Positions 1 to 11,679 of a stretch of 64,000 nucleotides of DNA are shown here, piece by piece (positions within the stretch are counted from its first letter, which is position 1; every line of letters begins with the position of its first letter). The notes beneath the pieces are model-generated. The model was not told the origin of the DNA. It did no database searches and saw only the letters and a list, made by a program, of their open reading frames with translations. Made by a program: the position numbers and the translations under genes. The DNA comes from Nemertoderma westbladi (Eukaryota; Animalia; Xenacoelomorpha): NCBI GenBank assembly GCA_032718475.1, contig JAUCBJ010008729.1, forward strand, positions 1 to 64,000, read 5' to 3'.

Positions 1-137
1 CTCGAAAAATCGAGAAAATCGTACGGCTGGAAATAGGTCGAATGGGGGGGGAACACTGTTTTCGCAGTAACTACGCGTCCAGTATGTAGACTGCGTCCTT
101 TAGAGGGGCGGCGAATTCACCTCACTCGACGCCGCCC

Positions 138-779
138 TTACTGAATGTTTTTAAAAAATGTTTCTTCCCACCGAGATTTGAACGCATAGAATAAGAATAG
201 TGCTAATTTCCTTGTGATTGCCTGAGAGTTATTTGATAGCAGAAGCTTGAATTTGTGGGGATTGGGTCGGTGATGGTACCAATTGTCGATGTACTTGGTA
301 CGGAGTTCCGAATATTTGGGACAAACGAGTGCAAAGTGCAGTTCGTCTTCTATTTGGTTCAGGTTACATAGTTCGCAAATTCTTTCAGTTCGCGGAACCC
401 TACGCCACCGCCCGGCCTCAATTTGCAAGTCGTGTGATGAACAACGGAATTTAGCTAGAATGTGTCGGAGTCGCGGTGAGTCCTTTAGGCTGTCCAGATA
501 CGGTTCGGTTCCAAAGCTCCTTTTGCTATATAACTGTCCTTTAGGGGATCCGGCCAGAGCTGACCACCATCCTTGCACAAATTGGTCTTTGATAATTTTT
601 TTTACTTTGAACAAAAACTGGCGTTCTGAATTTATCGCTTGGTCTTGCCACACCCAGGATAAACCCAGACTGTTTATGAGGTCCCTTGTAAGTGACACCC
701 AGTTAACCACTGAGTTGTCGTTCAGTACATCCTGATAAAGAAGATTGTACGTTTGTTTTAGTAACCGGTTATCTGGCAA
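138..779 (-). pseudogene. LINE A ORF2 C-terminus with Cys/His motif
   Basis: RCSSHDLQIEAGRW...RICELCNLNQIEDELHFALVCPKY. Confidence 0.8.
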
Positions 780-1479
780 CTTTATTCATTTAATTGTCTT
801 TAATCAAATAAAATTGATATTTATGTATTAAAAAGTGCACAGCACAATAAAAACTGACAGTTATTATAGGGTTACGATTCAAAATACCCACTTAAATTAA
901 ATGTTACAGTACCAACCACAACCCATAAAAATGGAATAAGCGCAATAAACAGTAGTTAAATATTACATATTTGAAAGTTGTGTAACCATTTGTAGTGAAG
1001 CAATAGTGCAATTTACAAGTAGAAATAGGGTGTCTTATTAAAAAAAAAATAATAATAATAATCCATGACAATATTCCAGTAGGGCTATTAAAAATTAAAT
1101 TGAAATAAAATTAGACTCGATTAAAATATCGTAAAATCCTGTCATGTTTTCCAGAGAAACTGATACCATCAAGGTCATAAGTCATTCTGATAAATTCAAT
1201 ATTTAAGATATCCTCTATGAGTGGTGTCCCCATTTCCAGCCGAGACATGAGAGATTTAAAATGATAACTAAAGTTCAATAAAGATTTAGTTGTGGGTAAC
1301 ATGGTACCGCAGACCCGGAGTGTACCACCAATGCCACTATACTTTACACCATTGTCATTTAAACACAAAGCTACTCTCAAGGCCGATTGAAGTCTTGTGT
1401 TAGGACAGTTCTTCATTCTAAAGAGTAATCCCACAGAGGCCCGAACGGATTCAAGTGACAATGGTCGCACCCCCATAAG

Positions 1480-2700
1480 TAGGGCTGGCAATCCCGGGAT
1501 CCCGGGATTCCGGGATCCCGGGATCCCGGAATAAAATGCAATCCCGAAATCCCGGGATTCAAGAACAAAAATCCCGGGATTTTGGTTAAAGCATTTCCAC
1601 AGGTTGACAGTAACAATTTAATACAGTATATCGTGACAATAATGTCATTATTAATGTCCATGTAGGTAGGGCTAGGCCTAAACCAGTAACACTGTTACAA
1701 TAGGGCCAAACTGAAACTATACCGGATGTGATGGACTGTGCATGCATACCGGTACCGGCCAGTACTGGCTGAGTGGTAGTAGGACGCACCTGTCTTTGCA
1801 ATGACATAGGCTTCTGATACTGATACTTACAGTAGTTTAGTTGTACCGGTCCTTTACCGGTAATTTGAGTTGGCCTCTATAAATAATAACAATGGCAGAT
1901 GGACAGTTTACACATTTCAAATCTGAAGGAGTATGGCAGAACTTCCTTAGACACGGGGATGTAGCTAAGTGTATATTTCAAGTATGTGATTCACCGTGTA
2001 ACAAGTTAATAAAGTGTGGTGGCGGATCTACAAAAGGTCTACACACGCACCTAAAATCCGTGCATAATACCAACCTTCTTAAAAAGAAGATTACCACCAA
2101 TTCCAATGAAAACGACACCGCTGATATTACTGAAGCTCAGGTTAAATCTACTAATAAAGCAAGGCCTATTCAAAAAACTTTAACAATCGACAACTACTTT
2201 GGGTCCAAGGAATATTCACTCAATGCAGTACTACCTAGATTAATAGCAGTCAGGCAGTGGATGGCCTTCCATTTTCTGTGTTTGAGACATCGTGTGATTT
2301 ACGTTGTCTTTTTCAAAGGTCTGGATACACCTTGCCAATTTCACATAATTCAGTCAGTTCGCATATTAAGAAATTCGCTGAAGAATGTCGAACAATTGTT
2401 AACGATTAACTACTGTTTATTAACTGTTTGTTAACTACAGTATAATAGTTAACTATAGGTTAACTACTGTATATTAGTTAACTTTAGTTAACTACTTTAA
2501 CAGTATCAGTATCAGTAATAGATACCTAATATTAATATTAAAAAAAGGAAATTCATTGCTATTAATTGACACAAGTATTTTTTCACCTACATTATTCCTG
2601 AAATTCTAAATCCCGGGATTAATCCCGGGATCCCGGGATTGGACCATTTCTGATCCCGGAATCCCGGGATTTCAATAACCCTCCGGGATTGCCAGCCCTA
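1480..2700 (+). mobile_element. Internally deleted hAT DNA transposon
   Basis: 18-bp TIR TAGGGCTGGCAATCCCGG (1480-1497) / CCGGGATTGCCAGCCCTA (2683-2700); 8-bp TSD CCCATAAG (1472-1479, 2701-2708); subterminal ATCCCGGGAT repeats at both ends. Confidence 0.93.
1892..2434 (+). pseudogene. Truncated hAT transposase N-terminus with BED zinc finger
   Basis: VWQNF...AKC..C..LIKCGGGSTKGLHTHLKSVH; no catalytic DDE domain follows. Confidence 0.8.
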
Positions 2701-4499
2701 CCCATAAGGTCATAGATTGCGGAGTTACTAACATAGCTTCCGACATGCAATAAGTTTCTGAGGACACGCCGATGCAAGGCATCATCGGACTCCCGTTCAG
2801 AACTAGAAATCGAGCCTATTACAAGGTGGGTAAAGAACAGTAGCCGAGGCTCAGCCACAGACCTCCACAGTGTAGCTATGGTATCTATGCTATACCACCT
2901 TGTTGTCCAACCCTTCGTATAGAATAAACTTGAGAGGAGTAACAGTTCTTGACGAATATCGCAAACAATATCATTTTCTGAGCCAAAGATTTTTACCCCA
3001 AGAAAGGTCATTTGTCGACCCCGCATAATATTGCAGCCGTTGATTCTTATGCTGCTGTGAATGTCAACACCCATTGGTTTGCCTGTAGGCTCCCGAACGA
3101 TCCAACATGTTTTGGAATCTTCAATGTCCAAAGAAATATTATTTGCACCCACATTAATCCGATCTGTAATAATTTGTAGATCTTTCTCTGAGGAACACAT
3201 CACGAGGTAATCATCTGCATAATTAATTACACCAAGCCACAGGCCCGCAATGATACAACCTAATCCCAGTTCTTCCAAATCAGTCATTATTTCCATTGTA
3301 TAGATATTGAAAAATAAAGGAGATAGAACTGATCCTTGTTTCACACCATTATGGACACGAAAACCAGTAACATCAATACTCTGTCCAAATTTACAATAGA
3401 AAATAGTCTGTCTGTAGTAGCTTATAATCAATAATAGCAAAGAAGGGTGAAGAATATCTTCCAATTTCCGGTAAAGTCCCAGATGGCTTACCCTATCAAA
3501 TGCAGAACTAAGATCCAGTTTGCAAAGGAATACTGGAGATCCCCCCTTTGAATAATACTCTAGAGTCTCAAAAACAAGTGCAACAACCATGTCCGTTCCT
3601 ATGCGTTTCTTGTAGGCAAACTGTAGGCTATTTATAGGAAATAATTTGTAGTTCATCATTATATCTTCCATGATAAGGGCCTCAAAGATTTTTGCAAGCA
3701 GGCAAACACTGGATACGGGTCGATATGACTTTGAAAGAAGTCTACTACGATGTCCACCTTTATATATACTGCTAATCAACGTATGTCCAAATAATTCTGG
3801 CACAGCTCCTAGTCTTAGACAATTATTAAAAAGAAATTCCAGAACATTAGTGATGAGATCAATATCCAGTGCTTGTAGATGCTCAGCTACTATTGAGGCA
3901 AAATCCGCTGCCTTACCCAGAGGGAGGCACATTATCGCCCTTCTAATAGCTCCTTTACCAAAGCTATACTTTGCTGATTTGTCACATAAGCCTTTTAGTT
4001 TATCAACCAGATTATTGATCTCCCCAACTTCATGATTTGCTTGAAATCTTTGCTTCATTTCATTCCTAAGATTTTCCTGAATAACCTCAGGGATAACATT
4101 GTCTGTTCGTTGTTTAGAGCTAAAGTGCCGCCAGAAATCTGACATATTGCTAATTGGACGAATCATATTTAGTTTATCAGATAAATGTTTCTTAGCTAGA
4201 TAATTTCTAAGCCGACGCATATGCTTTTTTGACTCTTTAAATGCAACACTATAGATATCATTCTCATCCTTCCCCCGACTGCACCATACTTTGTAAAGTT
4301 CTTTTGTTGTTGAGCATCTCTCTCTAAGAATATTACTCCTTACACGATGATTTTTAGTATATCGACGTCGACGAAGTAGAGGGATAGAATGTTTGGCAGA
4401 ATCTATAATTAGGTTCTGGAGTCTTTTGCTAAACATATTCATATCCTCTATTGTCATATTTTCCTTCATACACTGCTCCATTACTCCATCCAACTCCAT

Positions 4500-5766
4500 G
4501 TGCGTCCAAAATTTTACAATGTAAAATTTTCGACGCAAGGCTAAAGGTACCGCGCCACTTTCCCCGTATACCATAAAATTTGGTGTACTGCGCTTTATTC
4601 CTAAAACCCTTTTAATGAATCCCAAATGGACACGTTCGGCAGCCGGTGCCATGTGAAAGCCCCACACCTCTGATCCGTACATAAGTATAGGTAATATTAA
4701 ACATTCGAATAGTCTGTATCGCAATTCGAATGTAACATTTGGGAAACAGTTAAGGTGCCTAAAAAGTGAAAACAGTGCTTTCTGCGCCTTTTCGGCAAGC
4801 ACCTTTTGGGCAGTTGAGAATTTCCCTGTGGTGGTAAAATCGATTCCCAAGTAAGTATATTGGGACACCACCTCGACTACCTTTGATTTATAGAACCATT
4901 TATTACTTAGGGTGCTCCCTTTTCTAAACACTATAATCTTTGTCTTTGCCAAATTTACCTCGAGAGACCAGTAATCCGCAAACGAACCCAATGTGCCCAA
5001 AGATGTCTGCAGTTTTGTTGCGCTATTTGCCATGAGAATGACGTCATCAGCGTATAATAGGAGGAACAACTGTAGATGACCTACATGTAGACCCTCAAAC
5101 CCAACAGCTGCCAATTCCGCCTCCAAGTCGTTCAAGAATAGAGAGGGGGGATAAAGCATCCCCTTGCATTACCCCTACAAGTATATCGAACTGATCGGAA
5201 TAATTACTGTTCCACCTAACCCGAGCCTTAGCTGCGCTGTAAATGCTCTTTACGATTCCGAAGATTTTTCCTCCAAAGCCTAAACTACCAAGTTTTATCC
5301 AAAGGGCCTTGTGGTTAACGCTATCGAACGCACGACGAAAGTCAACGAAAGCGCAGTATAATTTATTCCCAGATTGTTTTGTGAAGTGGGAAATAAGACC
5401 ATGGAGAATAAGAATGTGATCAGTCGCTCCGTAACCTGTTCTGAACCCACCTTGGGCTTCCGATCTAGCACCTGTGCAATCGGCCCACCATGTCAGTCTT
5501 GCGTTTATAATTCCTGTGAAAAGTTTACCAACACAACTCAGAAGCGAAATTCCTCGGTAATTACTCGAATCTAGCCTGTCTCCCTTGTTCTTATATATCG
5601 GGTTAATTAGTGCAGTCGCCCATGCCTCCGGAAAATATTCTACATAAGGCACCTCATTGAATAATACAGTCAAGGTGGGGGTTAACTGCTCTTCACCTTC
5701 CATTAAGAATTCATTAATTAGTAAGTCTATACCTATTACTATTAATCTCCTCGTTCCTAGTTCCAA
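4500..5766 (-). pseudogene. LINE A reverse transcriptase (frameshifted near 5130-5160)
   Basis: SNYRGISLL, VDFRRAFDSV, GVMQGDALSP, then LLYADD, YTYLG in the next frame. Confidence 0.85.
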
Positions 5767-7031
5767 GATTCCTCGTTCCTAGTGCGCTTCCAGTTTGTCA
5801 CGGCTGTTTGAAATAGACATCTGTTATTTCGACAATCGTCATTGTACCACGGGTGAGATACTCTAGATGAATCATTTGTAGCGCTCAGTTTGTTAGCGGA
5901 CGCAAAATATTTGTCAGCCACCCCTGATAAACTATCACATAATTTTTCTGCCGCACAGTCGATATCGTTTTTCTCTATTTTGCCGCAAGTAACTAAATCA
6001 ATCACATCGTCTAACTTAGCCTGGAATTCAGGTGAAGCTAAGTCTTGTTTAAATTTGGACGAATATTTTTCTTTCCAGAAGTACTTTTTGTTATTGTTTA
6101 TAGTAGTCCCTTGAGTATCAGACTGGTTAGTTCTGGGTGAAGTTTGTAGCTGCGATATAGTGTTACCTGTCATAGTCATTTTCAAAACACAGTGTTTGGT
6201 AAACTCATTTGGGTCGTTTACTGTAAAAGAGCTGCATCGCTTGATAATGTCCAAACTACCAACCACATAGTCAATGGTGGATTTGCCGATCCCTTTTCCA
6301 GTTGAATAATATGTAAATTTTCCAACCCCTTTATCCTCACCTGCCCTTCCATTAAATATACGCAAGCCGGTTGCCTTACATAGTTCTAGTAACCTTTTAC
6401 CATGGGGATTTATAACAGTATCCATATTGGATCTTGGTACACTACATTCCCCCCACATATCCGGTTGAATGTCGTCGTCAAAAGAGTAATCCGGGGGAAG
6501 TAGGTCGTCCAACATAGACCCGCTTACGTCATTTTCAATATAATCTGGTTCTGATGATGTTCTAGAATTTAAGTCACCAAAAATGATTACATCATTAGAA
6601 CGTTGGTATGCACCCACACCCTCTTCGATCAGATCAAAAATTGCAATCGGATCGTTAGAGTACTGAGTGCTTCCTTGTGGTGGTATGTAGGCCGCGCACA
6701 AAATAATATCTTTGTCTAGGTCTAATTTTGTTTTATCAAGTTTAACCCATATCATGTCGTCATTTCCGAATTCTTGCAACAGAGAGACGGCGCCGTCGTA
6801 AATATCTTTGTAAAATAAAGTAACGCCCCCACTAAATCTATTTGCCCTAGGATGTTTCCTTTTTCTAGTGGTTGAAAGGGTGAAGTACCCGTATAGATTA
6901 ATATCTAACTTACTTAAAGGGCTCAGCCATGTCTCGGTTGTGATAAAAAAGTCACATTGTTTGATTATGTTGCAAAAATTTGGATCAGTAAGTTTCAGAG
7001 TTAACCCTTCAACATTTAACATACCAAACAC
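5757..7031 (-). pseudogene. LINE A apurinic-like endonuclease (EEP) domain
   Basis: LNVEGL, TETW, SGGV, YIPP, GDLNSR, STIDY, KH motifs. Confidence 0.88.
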
Positions 7032-7096
7032 TATATTACTAAAACAGCTTACAGTAGGTTTGTAGTTGGGTTTGTCATCATTCCGGTTTCGTTTAC

Positions 7097-8282
7097 CTAA
7101 CCTGCAGTCTGGTCTGGTGGGTTGGGAGGGTGTGGCGGTTGTCTAACCGAATTCCCTTGTTGAGTCATGGGGGTCTGTTCATAGTCCGTTGAGACAGGCT
7201 GGTGGTCGCCTGTTCCGTGTCTGGGTGTGTCTATTATTCTACGACGGCCCGATGGACCTATAGAATGAGACCTAGTATTGTACTGAGACCTAGATGTTTG
7301 TAAACCTTTACCCGTGGGGTTTCCAATTTTCTTTACAACATTTTCTAGACTTGTTGTTCGTTGTTGTTTAGTTTTGGGTCTACCTCTTGGGTGACCGTTT
7401 GATTGTTTGGGGGCGGGTGGATTCGCGAGGGGGGTTGGCGGCATTACTGCCGGGATAGTCTCAGGCAACTTAGAAATATTAGCAATATTTTCATTTGCAT
7501 TATTACTCTGACTTACGCCGGGCAAATATGCCTGGTTGGATAGGACGTTAGAGCGAACGCTATTCACGTTTGTAACGGTTGCTAAGGGTTGTTGGCTACT
7601 GGGAATTCTGGAATCACCTGTGTTAGCAACCCCCGCTTGAGTGGCAGATAAAATACTACTTGTATTATGATGATGGTCTACAGTAGAATGATTAAAATTA
7701 AAATTATGTTGCGCCGCCCCTTGAATATGAGTAATGCATACTGGGACTGTATATGGAATAGGAACAGAAAAGGGAACCCCAACCATATCTGGGTAGGAGC
7801 TGTTCCGTGCAAATTCATGACTGGGTAAATAGTACCTCGGTAGAGCACCAGTAGGAGCAGCCGACCCAGATATACCGTTAAACACCATGGGTACAGAACC
7901 TGGATGTACATTGTTAAGGGGTGATTGTGATTGGTTAATATTGGTAGTATGGGATGGGTGATTGTTAGTATAAAGATATTCCTTCCCTGTTATTAATATG
8001 AAAATGATTATTATGATCATAACTACTGACATTATTATCAGTTGGCATATTTGAATTGCGACTTATGAAGCTGTTACTACCGGTATACGTATTATTATGA
8101 GAGAAATAATGAGTGTTACTATTATAACTACCAGACACTACACCTGTATTAGCAGATTGTTCGCAGTTTGAAACTAGGATGTCATTCAGTCTAACATTCG
8201 TTCTGTCAAACTCAAACACCTCCCAACCGCTAATTCTTCTTCCGTTCACCATCAAGCTATTCCCGGTTACGCGTGATTGCAT
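7097..8282 (-). pseudogene. LINE A ORF1 C-terminal remnant (low complexity, frameshifted)
   Basis: Position directly upstream of the APE ORF; SLMVNGRRI motif then N/P/Q-rich tail. Confidence 0.5.
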
Positions 8283-8452
8283 TCCTCTTTTCTCCGCCTC
8301 ACGGTTCAGCCTGTGTAAAGTATAAAGTAAATATAAAGTAATTTTAATTATAGATACTAATCGTAGTTTAGTTTTATCTTTTTATTTATTATTAAACAAT
8401 TTCATTAGGAAAATTTTTAACTTTATCTCCCTTCCACTATCTTTATTTCCAG

Positions 8453-8591
8453 TACTGTGTAAAGATTTACTCTGTGGTGGACAACGTTATAAGCGGACAA
8501 GTTATTCAGACGGTCGGGCAGCACGCCGGACACACGACTCGGACACCGGGCAGGCAGGACAGAAATCTCAATAAAATCGTCATCCGAGCGG
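8453..8591 (+). CDS. TDRD9: Internal coding exon of TDRD9/spindle-E (post-Tudor region)
   Basis: Acceptor ctttatttccAG, donor GTATGT; 139 nt encoding YCVKIYSVVDNVISGQV...RNLNKIVIRA-G, resembling TDRD9 VKVFSVVHSV...INIRDVLIQQG as recalled; phase-1 end matches the exon at 52893. Not in the ORF track. Confidence 0.78.
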
Positions 8592-8720
8592 GTATGTTGG
8601 TACTCTAATAATGTTAAAATTTTATTGAGACTGAAATTTTACATGTGACGGACGTTTATTTAGGTCTGAAATCGTTTATGATTTATTATTACATAGTAAT
8701 TACGCCATAGAGACGAATAT

Positions 8721-8817
8721 TGTGGCAACAGCACCATATTGGGATGTAGCAACACCATATTGGGATGTGGCAAGGGCAACACCATATTGGGATGTAGCAA
8801 CACCATATTGGGATATA
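8721..8817. repeat. 21-bp minisatellite GCAACACCATATTGGGATGTA, about 4 copies
   Basis: Read directly; same unit as 52346-52717. Confidence 0.9.
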
Positions 8818-8984
8818 TAATAATCGGTTATACGTTTCGTTTGACATTCAAATTAATAAAATTGTCACAAATTCTATAACTAAAGTAATTCAGTTAACAC
8901 AGTTCAAATGATATAAATACCAAATACAGTACGGGTATATATAAATATAAATATAATCATAAGTATTTTTTACTTTGAAATTGT

Positions 8985-9775
8985 GTACAAAACACAGACC
9001 CCAGACCCCCAGGTACAAAACACAGACCCCCCCCCCCCAGGTACAAAACACAGACCCCCCAGGTACAAAACACAGACCCCCCCCCCCAGGTACAAAACAC
9101 AGACCCCCCCCCCAGGTACAAAACACAGACCCCCCCCAGGTACAAAACACAAACCCCCCTAGGTACAAAACACAGACCCTCCCCCCCCAGGTACAAAACA
9201 CAGACCCCACCCCCAGGTACAAAACACAGACCCCCCCCCCCCAGGTGAAAAAAACACAGACCCCTAGGTACAAAACACAGACTCCCCCAGGTACAAAACA
9301 CACACCCCCCAGGTACAAAACACAGACCCCCCCCCCCCCAGGTACAAAACACAGACCCCCCCCCAGGTACAAAACACAGACCCCCCCAGGTACAAAACAC
9401 AGACCCCCCCAGGTACAAAACACAGACCCCCCCCCCAGGTACAAAACACAGACCCCCAGGTACAAAACACAGACCCCCCCAGGTACAAAACACAGACCCC
9501 CCCAGGTACAAAACACAGACCCCCCCAGGTACAAAACACAGACCCCCCCAGGTACAAAACACAGACCCCCCAGGTACAAAACACAGACCCCCCCAGGTAC
9601 AAAACACAGACCCCCCCAGGTACAAAACACAGACCCCCACAGGTACAAAACACAGACCCCCTCAGGTACAAAACACAGACCCCCACAGGTACAAAACACA
9701 GACCCCCCCAGGTACAAAACACAGACCCCCACAGGTACAAAACACAGACCCCCCAGGTACAAAACACAGACCCCC
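8985..9775. repeat. Minisatellite of about 23 bp, C(5-12)AGGTACAAAACACAGA, roughly 33 copies
   Basis: Read directly; only the C-run length varies much. Confidence 0.97.
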
Positions 9776-10131
9776 TGAATAAACCCAAATGGGCGGAAAT
9801 GTAATATTAACTGAAAGCGGTTATTCTAAACACAATATAGAATGCGAGCAGCATAGGGTGCCATTATACATATATTGTATATTTGTAGCCAAAGAACCAC
9901 AAAAAAAGTTTTACATCTAGTATATTATATATATAAGGGGGATATATATATACATATATATGGCGATATATATTTATTCCAGGTTTCTTTGAATGATTTA
10001 ATATTTATGATCCAAAAATGTTTTGGCCTCTTAGGAAATTCCTTTCTCTGCGTTTCTTAGAAAAATTGTTTAGCTAAATTCGAGAAAATGGAAATTGAAT
10101 AAAGACATATATGACGATGAGATTTGGCCAT

Positions 10132-11272
10132 TGTTCGCGCTTTCAGACCTTTAGCAGTTTAACCTGCCAATTTTAGGTGTCCTCTTGTTTATAAATCGAC
10201 TTTAGCCTATAACAACTATTTAATGCACATGAAGTAACATTAGCCGAAGCCAGTCTATGCCCGATCATTCACCCACAGTTAAGGGAGACTGGATTCGGAT
10301 GCTTTGAAAGGATTGCGGTGCAGACCTACAGTATTATTCGATTGATAGTTACTATATAATCTCTGACAATATTATTCACTTTCGGGGAAATATTAACAGT
10401 TCCTTTAGGACGTGGCGCTTTAAGTATAAAACAGAGTTATGACTTATACTAAACATAACGAGATGGCTATTGATTTTCGTAAATGGCGCATTCTTTAGGA
10501 GATGCTTTATTATCTGTCACACTGCTGCATACGACTTCACACTGCTGCACACTGATCTGCCGACCGTCACTGAATTTGATCATATATAAGGAGGATAGCA
10601 ACTGACACATGTAGGGATTATGAAATAGCATTTAATGCACACTAAAACCACTGTAATGTAAGTCGCAATTGCTACCGGTAACCGGTCTCTCTAACCTTTG
10701 GTAATCAAGAAGATTGGGGTTTTATGATTATTTATCGATATTCTCCAAATATAACAACATATCTATCAACATGTAACAATTAATAACCGACAGTAAATAG
10801 CAGTAAAATAATGCGGTGTATAGGATTGAGTGAGTGCAGTTTCATCAGTCAGGCCCAGTCGAAATGCATTGAGTCAGTACCGCAGTTGGTAGGTGCAGAT
10901 AATAGATTTACGTTTTTATAATCAAAGCCGTCTAATGTTGGCCAAAGTCTGAAACTTCTAACACAGAAGCACAGAATAATTTCCAAGCAGTTGTTCTCGC
11001 TCAGAAAGTAAAACAAAGACCGTAATGCATTGCGCGATTTCCCGTAGGCTTCTTTGTAAGATAAAATGAAAATTGCTCTGATTGGTCGAGCGAGCCAAAC
11101 AAAGAAAGTTCCACATCAACAGCAAATCAGCTGACAGATTTCGTCATCTGAACTACACTCTATTTAGAGTATTTGGCGTATTGCGGCATAAAATGGCTTG
11201 TTATATCCGCTAAAACACCTACAGGGTACATTGCGGAGAAAATTACTGGTTATATCCGCAAAAGCTTTTACA
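10132..11272 (-). repeat. 3' LTR of outer BEL/Pao element (1141 bp)
   Basis: TGTTCGCG...TTTTACA on +; matches the split 5' LTR with about 14 substitutions by eye. Confidence 0.95.
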
Positions 11273-11280
11273 CCGCTCCC
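11273..11280 (-). promoter_or_regulatory. Polypurine-tract-like plus-strand primer site of outer element (GGGAGCGG)
   Basis: ccgctccc abuts the LTR end; GGAGCGG is also next to the inner element's 3' LTR (28655-28661). Confidence 0.75.
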
Positions 11281-11679
11281 AGAAAATGGGATTTAATTCT
11301 ATAAAATATAAAAAATCACAGTTTCTAAAATATAAAAATACTCTAAACAGTTAGTCTTTCTTACGCGGACGGCGTTTACGCAGTTTTTTGAGGCTAGCAA
11401 GAGTCCTTTTCTCTTTGGTGCGAGCCACTTTACTAGGAGGGCTATAACTCCTGGGTGAAGGGTGCAATACAATTGCATCGGAAGGTTTAGGATTACGGTC
11501 AGTGTATCCGCCGGTCGAGGTACCCGGTTGATCGATATCAACCTCAGTGGAGCGAGGTCGAACAACCTTCAGAGCGCGTTTCAGTACAGCAGCTCTTACT
11601 GGTCCCTGACGAGTCGTTTGCACGAGAGCGGTGGGTAGACCGTGAGTAGTGAGAAATTTCCTCGGTTTGATGGTTCTTT

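Larger units (their letters stand above)
788..4499 (-). mobile_element. LINE B, 5'-truncated non-LTR retrotransposon nested in LINE A
   Basis: Second RT set (SYRPVS, LDLSSAFDRV, GVKQGSVLSP, YADD) at about 3200-3730. Removing the hAT insert rejoins ...IYDLMG to VRPLSL... ending at stop 1111. AT-rich 3' UTR ends AATTAAATGAATAAA near 788. Ends approximate. Confidence 0.75.
138..8314 (-). mobile_element. LINE A, APE-type non-LTR retrotransposon (RTE-X-like), 5'-truncated in ORF1 and split by nested insertions at about 788-4499
   Basis: In - strand order: ORF1-like remnant (7097-8314), APE endonuclease (5757-7031), RT (4500-5766, VDFRRAFDSV/GVMQGD/YADD) and C-terminal SSHDLQIEAGRW..CELC..EDELHF..CP motif (138-779). 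The protein is continuous across the nested insert (KFWTH...LPDNRL). Clade call from motif memory. Confidence 0.8.

Noticed and set aside
2619-5159. 846-aa protein with two RT domains
   Set aside because: Chance fusion of LINE A, LINE B and the hAT end; the TSD and junctions explain it.
8890-9788. Gly/Cys- and Pro-rich ORFs; CRISPR-like look
   Set aside because: Translations of a minisatellite; there are no unique spacers or cas genes, and the context is eukaryotic.
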